From: the human T2T-CHM13v2.0 reference genome, Homo sapiens
DNA length: 64,000 bases
Assembly: GCF_009914755.1 (NCBI RefSeq)
Contig: NC_060934.1
Direction: 5' to 3' (one strand)
The notes under the pieces were generated by a model, which saw nothing but the letters and a program-made list of their open reading frames with translations, searched no databases and had not been told where the DNA came from. Of this stretch, positions 1-13,083 are shown in pieces (within the stretch, counting starts at the first letter, position 1; every line of letters begins with the position of its first letter). Made by a program: the position numbers and the translations under genes.

Positions 1-3000
1 CGCATGGAATCATCATCAAATGGAATCGAATGGAATCATCATCGAATGGAATCTAATGGAATCATTGAACGGAATTGAATCGAATCATCATTGAATGAAT
101 TGAATGCAATCATTGAATGGTCTCGAATGGAAACATCTTCAAATGGAATGGAATGGAATCATCGCATAGAATCGAATGGAATTATCATCGAATGGACTCA
201 AATGGAATCAACATCAATTGGAATCAAACGGAATTATCGAATGGAATCGAAGAGAATCATCGAATGACCACGAATGGAATCATCTAATGGAATGGAATGG
301 AATAATCCATGGACCCGAATGCAATCGTCATCGAATAGAATCGAATGGAATCATCGAATGGACTCGAATGGAATAATCATTGAACGGAATCGAATGGAAT
401 CATCGTCGAATGGAAATGAAAGGAGTCATCATCTAATGGAATCGCATGGAATCATCATCAAATGGAATCGAATGGAATCATCATCGAATGGAATCTAATG
501 GAATCATTGAACGGAATTGAATGGAATCGTCATCGAATGTATTGAATGCAATCATCGAATGGTCTCGAATGGAATCATCTTCAAATGGAATGGAATGGAA
601 TCATCGCATAGAATCGAATGGAATTATCATCGAATGGACTCAAATGGAATCAACATCAATCGGAATCCAATGGAATTATCGAATGGAATCGAAGAGAATC
701 ATCGAATGGACTCGAATGGAATCATCTAATGAAATAGAATGGAAGAATCCATGGACTCGAATGCAATCATCATCAAATGGAATCGAATGGAATCGTCGAA
801 TGGGCTCGAATGCAATAAACATAGAACGGAATTGAATGGAATCATCATCGGAGGTAAACGAATGCAATTATCATGGAATGGAATCGAATGTTATCATCAA
901 ATGGAATCAGATCGAATCATCATCAAATGGAATCGAATAGAATTATGGAATGAAATCAAATGTGATCATCATCGAAAGGACTCGAACGGAATCATCATTC
1001 AATGGAAACTAATGGAATCAACATCGAATGGAATCGAATGGAAACACCATCGAATTGAAACGAATGGAATTATCATGAAATTGAAATGGATGGACTCATC
1101 ATGGAATGGATTCGAATGGAATCATCGAATGAAATTCATTGAAATCATCATCAAATGGAATCGAATGGAATCATTGAATGGAATCGAATGGAATCAACAT
1201 CAGATGGAAATGAATGGAATCATCAGAGAATGGAATCGAATGGATTCATTGAATGGAATCAGATGGAATCATCGAATGGACTTGAATGGAATCATTGAAA
1301 GGACTCAAATGGAATCATTATTGAATGGAATTGAATGGAATCATCGAATGGTCTCCAATGGAATCATTATCAATGGAATCGAATGGAATCACCGAATAGA
1401 ATCGAATTGAACAATCATCGAATGGTCTCAAATGGAATTATCCTCAAATGGAATCGAATGGAATTATCGAATGCAATCGAATGGAATTATCGAATGCAAT
1501 TGAATAGAATCAACGAATGGACTCGAATGGAATCATCGAATGGAATGGAATGGAATAGTGAATGAACTTGAATGGAATCATCATTGAATGGAATCGAATG
1601 GAATCATCGAGTGGAATCGAATGGAATCATGATCAAATGGAATCGAATGTAATCATCATCAAATGGAATCAAAAATAACCATCATCAATTGGTATTGTAT
1701 GGAATTGTCATCAAATGGAATTCAAAGGAATCATCAAATGGAAAAGAATGGAATCATCATCGAATGGAAGCGAAAGGAGTCATCATCTAATGGAATCGCA
1801 TGGAATCATCATCAAATGGAATCGCACGGAATCATCATCAAATGGAATCTAATGGAATCATCATCGAATGGAATCTAATGGAATCATTGAACAGAATTGA
1901 GTGGAATCTTCATCGAATGAATTGAATGCAATCATCGAATGGTCTCGAATGGAATCATCTTCAAATGGAAAGGAATGGAATCATCGCATAGAATCGAATG
2001 GAATTATCATTGAATGGACTCGAATGGAATCAACATCAAACGGAATCAAATGGAATTATCGAATGCAATCGAAGAGAATCATCGAATGGCCACGAATGGA
2101 ATCATCTAATGGAATGGAATGGAATAATCCAGGGACCCGAATGCAATCACCATCAAATAGAATCGAATGGAATCATCGAATGGACTCGAATGGAATAATC
2201 ATTGAACGGAATCGAATGGAACCATCGTCGAATGGAAACGAATGGAATCATCATCGAATGCAAATGAAAGGAGTCATCATCTAATGGAATCGCATGGAAT
2301 CATCATCAAATGGCATCGAATGGAATCATCATCGAATGGAATCTAACGGAATCACTGAACGGAATTGAATGGAATCGTCACCGAATGAATTGAATGCAAT
2401 CATCGAATCGTCTCGAATGGAATCATCTTCAAATGGAATGGAATGGAATCTTCGCATAGAATCGAATGGAATTATCATCGAATGTACTCAAATGGAATCA
2501 ACATCAAACGGAATCAAACGGAATTATCGAATGGAATCGAAGAGAATCATCAAATGAACTCGAATGGAATCATGTAATGAAATAGAATGGAATAATCCAT
2601 GGACTCGAATGCAATCATCATCAAATGGAATCGAATGGAATCGTCGAATGGACTCGAATGCAACAAACATTGAACGGAATCGAATGGAATCATCACCGGA
2701 TGGAAACGAATGGAATCATCATCGAATGGAATCGAATGGAATCATCAAATGGAATCAGATGGAATCATCATCAAATGGAATCGAATAGAATTATGGAATG
2801 AAATCCAATGTGATCATCATCGAATTTACTCGAATGGAATCAGCATCCAATGGAAACTAATGGAATCAACATCGAATGGAATCGAATGGAAACAATATCG
2901 AATTGAAAAGAATGGAATTATCATGAAATTGAAATGGATAGACTCATCATCGAATGGATTCGAATGGAATCATCGAATGAAATTGATTGAAATCTTCATC

Positions 3001-6000
3001 AAATGGAATCAAATGGAATCATTGAATGGAATCGAATGGAATCATCATCAGATGGAAATGAATGGAATCATCACAGAATGGAATCGAATGGATTCATTGA
3101 AGGGAATCAGATGGAATCATCGAATGGAGTTGAATGGAATCATTGTATGGACTCGAATGGAATCATTATTGAATGGAATTGAACGGAATCATCGAATGGT
3201 CCCGAATGGAGACATTATCAAATGGAATCGAATGGAATCACCGAATATAATCGAATGGAACAATCATCGAATGGACTCAAATGGAATTATCCTCAAATGG
3301 AATCGAATGGAATTATCGGATGCAATCGAATGGAATTATCGAATGCAATCGAATAGAATCATCAAATGGACTCGAATGGAATCATCGAATGGAAAGGAAT
3401 GGAATAGTCAGGAACTCGAAAGGAGTCACCATTGAATGGAATCGCATGGAATCATCGAGTGGAATCGATTGTAATCATGATCAAATGGAATCGAATGGAA
3501 TCATCATTGAATGGAATACAATGAAATCATCGAGTGGAATCGAATGGAATTATGATCAAATGGAATCGAATGTAATCATCATCAAATGGAATCAAAAATA
3601 TCCATCATCAATTGGTATTGAATGGAATTGTCATCAAATGGAATTCAAAGGAATTATCGTCAAATGGAACCGAATGGAATCCTCATTGAATGGAAATGAA
3701 AGGAGTCATCATCTAATGGAATCGCATGGAATCATCATCACATGGAATCGAATGGAATCATCATCGAATGGAATCTAATGGAATCATTGAACGGAATTAA
3801 ATGGAATCGTCATCGAATGAATTGAATGCAATCATCGAATGGTGTCGAATGGAATCATCTTCAAATGGAAAGGAATGGAATCATCGCATAGAATCGAATG
3901 GAATTGTCATTGAATGGACTCGAATGGAAACAAATGGAATTCAAAGTAATCATCATCAAATGGAATCGAATGGAATCATCATCAAATGGAATCTAATGGT
4001 ATCATTGAACGGAATTGAATGGAATTGGCATTGAATGAATTGAATGCAATCAACGAATGGTCTCTAATGGAATCATCTTCAAATGGAAAGGAATGGAATC
4101 ATCGCATAGAATCGAATGGAATTATCATTGAATGGACTAAAATGGAATCAACATCAATCGGAATCAAACGGAATTATCGAATGGAATCAAAGAGAATCAT
4201 CGAATGGCCACGAATGGAATCATCTAATGGAATGGAATGGAATAATCCATGGACCCGAGTGCAATCATTATCGAATAGAATCGAATGGAATAATCGAATG
4301 GACTCGAATGGAATAATCATTGAAACGAATCAAATGAAATCATCGTCGAATGGAAACGAATGGAATCATCATCGAATTTAAATGAAAGGAGTCATCATCT
4401 AATGGAATCGCATGGAATCATCATCAAATGGAATCGAATGGAATCATCATCGAATGGAATCTAATGGAATCATTGAACGGAATTGAATGGAATCATCATT
4501 GAATGAATTGAATGCAATCATTGAATGGTCTCGAATGGAAACATCTTCAAATGGAATGGAATGGAATCATCGCATAGAATCGAATGGAATTATCATCGAA
4601 TGGACTCAAATGGAATCAACATCAATTGGAATCAAACGGAATTATCGAATGGAATCGAAGAGAATCATCGAATGACCACGAATGGAATCATCTAATGGAA
4701 TGGAATGGAATAATCCATGGACCCGAATGCAATCGTCATCGAATAGAATCGAATGGAATCATCGAATGGACTCGAATGGAATAATCATTGAACGGAATCG
4801 AATGGAATCATCGTCGAATGGAAATGAAAGGAGTCATCATCTAATGGAATCGCATGGAATCATCATCAAATGGAATCGAATGGAATCATCATCGAATGGA
4901 ATCTAATGGAATCATTGAACGGAATTGAATGGAATCGTCATCGAATGTATTGAATGCAATCATCGAATGGTCTCGAATGGAATCATCTTCAAATGGAATG
5001 GAATGGAATCATCGCATAGAATCGAATGGAATTATCATCGAATGGACTCAAATGGAATCAACATCAATCGGAATCCAATGGAATTATCGAATGGAATCGA
5101 AGAGAATCATCGAATGGACTCGAATGGAATCATCTAATGAAATAGAATGGAAGAATCCATGGACTCGAACGCAATCATCATCAAATGGAATCGAATGGAA
5201 TCGTCGAATGGACTCGAATGCAATAAACATAGAACGGAATTGAATGGAATCATCATCGGAGGTAAACGAATGCAATTATCATGGAATGGAATCGAATGGT
5301 ATCATCAAATGGAATCAGATCGAATCATCATCAAATGGAATCGAATAGAATTATGGAATGAAATCCAATGTGATCATCATCGAAAGGACTCGAACGGAAT
5401 CATCATTCAATGGAAACTAATGGAATCAACATCGAATGGAATCGAATGGAAACACCATCGAATTGAAACGAATGGAATTATCATGAAATTGAAATGGATG
5501 GACTCATCATGGAATGGATTCGAATGGAATCATTGAACGAAATTCATTGAAATCATCATCAAATGGAATCGAATGGAATCATTGAATGGAATCGAATGGA
5601 ATCAACATCAGATGGAAATGAATGGAATCATCAGAGAATGGAATCGAATGGATTCATTGAATGGAATCAGATGGAATCATCGAATGGACTTGAATGGAAT
5701 CATTGAAAGGACTCAAATGGAATCATTATTGAATGGAATTGAATGGAATCATCGAATGGTCTCCAATGGAATCATTATCAATGGAATCGAATGGAATCAC
5801 CGAATAGAATCGAATTGAACAATCATCGAATGGTCTCAAATGGAATTATCCTCAAATGGAATCGAATGGAATTATCGAATGCAATCGAATGGAATTATCG
5901 AATGCAATTGAATAGAATCAACGAATGGACTCGAATGGAATCATCGAATGGAATGGAATGGAATAGTGAATGAACTTGAATGGAATCATCATTGAATGGA

Positions 6001-9000
6001 ATCGAATGGAATCATCGAGTGGAATCGAATGGAATCATGATCAAATGGAATCGAATGTAATCATCATCAAATGGAATCAAAAATAACCATCATCAATTGG
6101 TATTGTATGGAATTGTCATCAAATGGAATTCAAAGGAATCATCAAATGGAAAAGAATGGAATCATCATCGAATGGAAGCGAAAGGAGTCATCATCTAATG
6201 GAATCGCATGGAATCATCATCAAATGGAATCGCACGGAATCATCATCAAATGGAATCTAATGGAATCATCATCGAATGGAATCTAATGGAATCATTGAAC
6301 AGAATTGAGTGGAATCTTCATCGAATAAATTGAATGCAATCATCGAATGGTCTCGAATGGAATCATCTTCAAATGGAAAGGAATGGAATCATCGCATAGA
6401 ATCGAATGGAATTATCATTGAATGGACTCGAATGGAATCAACATCAAACGAATCAAATGGAATTATCGAATGCAATCGAAGAGAATCATCGAATGGCCAA
6501 GAATGGAATCATCTAATGGAATGGAATGGAATAATCCAGGGACCCGAATGCAATCACCATCAAATAGCATCGAATGGAATCATCGAATGGACTCGAATGG
6601 AATAATCATTGAACGGAATCGAATGGAACCATCGTCGAATGGAAACGAATGGAATCATCATCGAATGCAAATGAAAGGAGTCATCATCTAATGGAATCGC
6701 ATGGAATCATCATCAAATGGCATCGAATGGAATCATCATCGAATGGAATCTAACGGAATCACTGAACGGAATTGAATGGAATCGTCACCGAATGAATTGA
6801 ATGCAATCATCGAATCGTCTCGAATGGAATCATCTTCAAATGGAATGGAATGGAATCTTCGCATAGAATCGAATGGAATTATCATCGAATGTACTCAAAT
6901 GGAATCAACATCAAACGGAATCAAACGGAATTATCGAATGGAATCGAAGAGAATCATCGAATGGACTCGAATGGAATCATGTAATGAAATAGAATGGAAT
7001 AATCCATGGACTCGAATGCAATCATCATCAAATGGAATCGAATGGAATCGTCGAATGGACTCGAATGCAACAAACATTGAACGGAATCGAATGGAATCAT
7101 CACCGGATGGAAACGAATGGAATCATCATCGAATGGAATCGAATGGAATCATCAAATGGAATCAGATGGAATCATCATCAAATGGAATCGAATAGAATTA
7201 TGGAATGAAATCCAATGTGATCATCATCGAATTTACTCGAATAGAATCAGCATCCAATGGAAACTAATGGAATCAACATCGAATGGAATCGAATGGAAAC
7301 AATATCGAATTGAAAAGAATGGAATTATCATGAAATTGAAATGGATAGACTCATCATCGAATGGATTCGAATGGAATCATCGAATGAAATTGATTGAAAT
7401 CTTCATCAAATGGAATCAAATGGAATCATTGAATGGAATCGAATGGAATCATCATCAGATGGAAATGAATGGAATCATCACAGAATGGAATCGAATGGAT
7501 TCATTGAAGGGAATCAGATGGAATCATCGAATGGAGTTGAATGGAATCATTGTATGGACTCGAATGGAATCATTATTGAATGGAATTGAACGGAATCATC
7601 GAATGGTCCCGAATGGAGACATTATCAAATGGAATCGAATGGAATCACCGAATAGAATCGAATGGAACAATCATCGAATGGACTCAAATGGAATTATCCT
7701 CAAATGGAATCGAATGGAATTATCGGATGCAATCGAATGGAATTATCGAATGCAATCGAATAGAATCATCAAATGGACTCGAATGGAATCATCGAATGGA
7801 AAGGAATGGAATAGTCAGGAACTCGAATGGAGTCACCATTGAATGGAATCGCATGGAATCATCGAGTGGAATCGATTGTAATCATGATCAAATGGAATCG
7901 AATGGAATCATCATTGAATGGAATACAATGGAATCATCGAGTGGAATCGAATGGAATTATGATCAAATGGAATCGAATGTAATCATCATCAAATGGAATC
8001 AAAAATATCCATCATCAATTGGTATTGAATGGAATTGTCATCAAATGGAATTCAAAGGAATTATCATCAAATGGAACCGAATGGAATCCTCATTGAATGG
8101 AAATGAAAGGAGTCATCATCTAATGGAATCGCATGGAATCATCATCACATGGAATCGAATGGAATCATCATCGAATGGAATCTAATGGAATCATTGAACA
8201 GAATTGAATGGAATCGTCATCGAATGAATTGAATGCAATCATCGAATGGTGTCGAATGGAATCATCTTCAAATGGAAAGGAATGGAATCATCGCATAGAA
8301 TCGAATGGAATTGTCATTGAATGGACTCGAATGGAAACAAATGGAATTCAAAGTAATCATCATCAAATGGAATCGAATGGAATCATCATCAAATGGAATC
8401 TAATGGTATCATTGAACGGAATTGAATGAAATTGGCATTGAATGAATTGAATGCAATCATCGAATGGTCTCTAATGGAATCATCTTCAAATGGAAAGGAA
8501 TGGAATCATCGCATAGAATCGAATGGAATTATCATTGAATGGACTAAAATGGAATCAACATCAATCGGAATCAAACGGAATTATCGAATGGAATCAAAGA
8601 GAATCATCGAATGGCCACGAATGGAATCATCTAATGGAATGGAATGGAATAATCCATGGACCCGAGTGCAATCATTATCGAATAGAATCGAATGGAATAA
8701 TCGAATGGACTCGAATGGAATAATCATTGAAAGGAATCAAATGAAATCATCGTCGAATGGAAACGAATGGAATCATCATCGAATTTAAATGAAAGGAGTC
8801 ATCATCTAATGGAATCGCATGGAATCATCATCAAATGGAATCGAATGGAATCATCATCGAATGGAATCTAATGGAATCATTGAACGGAATTGAATGGAAT
8901 CATCATTGAATGAATTGAATGCAATCATTGAATGGTCTCGAATGGAAACATCTTCAAATGGAATGGAATGGAATCATCGCATAGAATCGAATGGAATTAT

Positions 9001-12000
9001 CATTGAATGGACTCAAATGGAATCAACATCAAACGGAATCAAACGGAATTATCGAATGGAATCGAAGAGAATCATCGAATGACCACGAATGGAATCATCT
9101 AATGGAATGGAATGGAATAATCCATGGACCCGAATGCAATCGTCTTCGAATAGAATCGAATGGAATCATCGAATGGACTCGAATGGAATCATCATTGAAC
9201 GGAATCGAATGGAATCATCGTCGAATGGAAATGAAAGGAGTCATCATCTAATGGAATCGCATGGAATCATCATCAAATGGAATCGAATGGAATCATCATC
9301 GAATGGAATCTAATGGAATCATTGAACGGAATTGAATGGAATCATCATCGAATGTATTGAATGCAATCATCGAATGGTCTCGAATGGAATCATCTTCAAA
9401 TGGAATGGAATGGAATCATCGCATAGAATCGAATGGAATTATCATCGAATGGACTCAAATGGAATCAACATCAATCGGAATCCAATGGAATTATCGAATG
9501 GAATCGAAGAGAATCATCGAATGGACTCGAATGGAATCATCTAATGAAATAGAATGGAAGAATCCATGGACTCGAATGCAATCATCATCAAATGGAATCG
9601 AATGGAATCGTCGAATGGACTCGAATGCAATAAACATAGAACGGAATTGAATGGAATCATCATCGGAGGTAAACGAATGCAATTATCATGGAATGGAATC
9701 GAATGTTATCATCAAATGGAATCAGATGGAATCATCATCAAATGGAATCGAATAGAATTATGGAATGAAATCCAATGTGATCATCATCGAATGGACTCGA
9801 ACGGAATCATCATTCAATGGAAACTAATGGAATCAACATCGAATGGAATCGAATGGAAACACCATCGAATTGAAACGAATGGAATTATCATGAAATTGAA
9901 ATGGATGGACTCATCATGGAATGGATTCGAATGGAATCATCGAATGAAATTCATTGAAATCATCATCAAATGGAATCGAATGGAATCATTGAATGGAATC
10001 GAATGGAATCAACATCAGATGGAAATGAATGGAATCATCAGAGAATGGAATCGAATGGATTCATTGAATGGAATCAGATGGAATCATCGAATGGACTTGA
10101 ATGGAATCATTGAAAGGACTCAAATGGAATCATTATTGAATGGAATTGAATGGAATCATCGAATGGTCTCCAATGGAATCATTATCAATGGAATCGAATG
10201 GAATCACCGAATAGAATCGAATTGAACAATCATCGCATGGTCTCAAATGGAATTATCCTCAAATGGAATCGAATGGAATTATCGAATGCAATCGAATGGA
10301 ATTATCGAATGCAATTGAATAGAATCAACGAATGGACTCGAATGGAATCATCGAATGGAATGGAATGGAATAGTGAATGAACTTGAATGGAATCATCATT
10401 GAATGGAATCGAATGGAATCATCGAGTGGAATCGAATGGTATCATGATCAAATGGAATCGAATGTAATCATCATCAAATGGAATCAAAAATAACCATCAT
10501 CAATTGGTATTGTATGGAATTGTCATCAAATGGAATTCAAAGGAATCATCAAATGGAAAAGAATGGAATCATCATCGAATGGAAGCGAAAGGAGTCATCA
10601 TCTAATGGAATCGCATGGAATCATCATCAAATGGAATCGCACGGAATCATCATCAAATGGAATCTAATGGAATCATCATCGAATGGAATCTAATGGAATC
10701 ATTGAACAGAATTGAGTGGAATCTTCATCGAATGAATTGAATGCAATCATCGAATGGTCTCGAATGGAATCATCTTCAAATGGAAAGGAATGGAATCATC
10801 GCATAGAATCGAATGGAATTATCATTGAATGGACTCGAATGGAATCAACATCAAACGGAATCAAATGGAATTATCGAATGCAATCGAAGAGAATCATCGA
10901 ATGGCCACGAATGGAATCATCTAATGGAATGGAATGGAATAATCCAGGGACCCGAATGCAATCACCATCAAATAGAATCGAATGGAATCATCGAATGGAC
11001 TCGAATGGAATAATCATTGAACGGAATCGAATGGAACCATCGTCGAATGGAAACGAATGGAATCATCATCGAATGCAAATGAAAGGAGTCATCATCTAAT
11101 GGAATCGCATGGAATCATCATCAAATGGCATCGAATGGAATCATCATCGAATGGAATCTAACGGAATCACTGAACAGAATTGAATGGAATCGTCACCGAA
11201 TGAATTGAATGCAATCATCGAATCGTCTCGAATGGAATCATCTTCAAATGGAATGGAATGGAATCTTCGCATAGAATCGAATGGAATTATCATCGAATGT
11301 ACTCAAATGGAATCAACATCAAACGGAATCAAACGGAATTATCGAATGGAATCGAAGAGAATCATCGAATGGACTCGAATGGAATCATGTAATGAAATAG
11401 AATGGAATAATCCATGGACTCGAATGCAATCATCATCAAATGGAATCGAATGGAATCGTCGAATGGACTCGAATGCAACAAACATTGAACGGAATCGAAT
11501 GGAATCATCACCGGATGGAAACGAATGGAATCATCATCGAATGGAATCGAATGGAATCATCAAATGGAATCAGATGGAATCATCATCAAATGGAATCGAA
11601 TAGAATTATGGAATGAAATCCAATGTGATCATCATCGAATTTACTCGAATAGAATCAGCATCCAATGGAAACTAATGGAATCAACATCGAATGGAATCGA
11701 ATGGAAACAATATCGAATTGAAAAGAATGGAATTATCATGAAATTGAAATGGATAGACTCATCATCGAATGGATTCGAATGGAATCATCGAATGAAATTG
11801 ATTGAAATCTTCATCAAATGGAATCAAATGGAATCATTGAATGGCATCGAATGGAATCATCATCAGATGGAAATGAATGGAATCATCACAGAATGGAATC
11901 GAATGGATTCATTGAAGGGAATCAGATGGAATCATCGAATGGAGTTGAATGGAATCATTGAATGGACTCGAATGGAATCATTATTGAATGGAATTGAATG

Positions 12001-12740
12001 GAATCATCGAATGGTCCCGAATGGAGACATTATGAAATGGAATCGAATGGAATCACCGAATAGAATCGAATGGAACAATCATCGAATGGACTCAAATGGA
12101 ATTATCCTCAAATGGAATCAAATGGAATTATCGAATGCAATCGAATGGAATTATCGAATGCAATCGAATAGAATCATCAAATGGACTCGAATGGAATCAT
12201 CGAATGGAAAGGAATGGAATAGTCAAGAACTCGAAAGGAGTCACCATTGAATGGAATCGCATGGAATCATCGAGTGGAATCGATTGTAATCATGATCAAA
12301 TGTAATCGAATGGAATCATCATTGAATGGAATACAATGAAATCATCGAGTGGAATCGAATGGAATTATGATCAAATGGAATCGAATGTAATCATCATCAA
12401 ATGGAATCAAAAATATCCATCATCAATTGGTATTGAATGGAATTGTCATCAAATGGAATTCAAAGGAATTATCATCAAATGGAACCGAATGGAATCCTCA
12501 TTGAATGGAAATGAAAGGAGTCATCATCTAATGGAATCGCATGGAAACATCATCACATGGAATCGAATGGAATCATCATCGAATGGAATCTAATGGAATC
12601 ATTGAACGGAATTGAATGGAATCGTCATCGAATGAATTGAATGCAATCATCGAATGGTGTCGAATGGAATCATCTTCAAATGGAAAGCAATGGAATCATC
12701 ACATAGAATCGAATGGAATTGTCATTGAATGGACTCGAAT
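1..12740 (+). repeat. Domain A: 4408-bp higher-order repeat, ~2.9 copies (left end truncated by the window)
   Basis: Homologous ORF starts at 176/4584/8991, 739/5147/9554, 2369/6776/11184 and 3801/8208/12616 give offsets of 4407-4408. Subunit spacings are 442+1380+468+1432+218+468=4408. A-specific markers are GGAGGTAAACG (850, 5258, 9665) and GAATTTACTCG. Copy 2 has a 1-bp deletion at ~6450. Confidence 0.93.
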
Positions 12741-13083
12741 GGAATCAACATCAAACGGAATCAAACGGAATTATCGAATGGAATCGAAGAGAATCATCGA
12801 ATGGCCACGAATGGAATCATCTAATGGAATGCAATGGAATAATCCACGGACCCGAATGCAATCATCATTGAATAGAAACGAATGGAATCATCGAATGGAC
12901 TCGAATGGAATAATCATTGAATAGAATCGAATGGAATCATCGTCGAATGGAAACGAATGGAATCATCATCGAATGGAAATGAAAGGAGTCATCATCTAAT
13001 GGAATCGCATGGAATCATCATCAAATGGATTCGAATGGAATCATCATCGAATGGAATCTAATTGAATCATTGAACGGAATTGA
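12616..13083 (+). repeat. A/B junction: single 468-bp subunit of hybrid type
   Basis: It starts like the A subunit at 3801/8208 (GGTGTCG, ATTGTCATTG) but lacks the A deletion. It continues like the B subunit at 14900 (GCAATGGAATAATCCACGGACCCG, ATTGAATAGAA). Confidence 0.75.
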
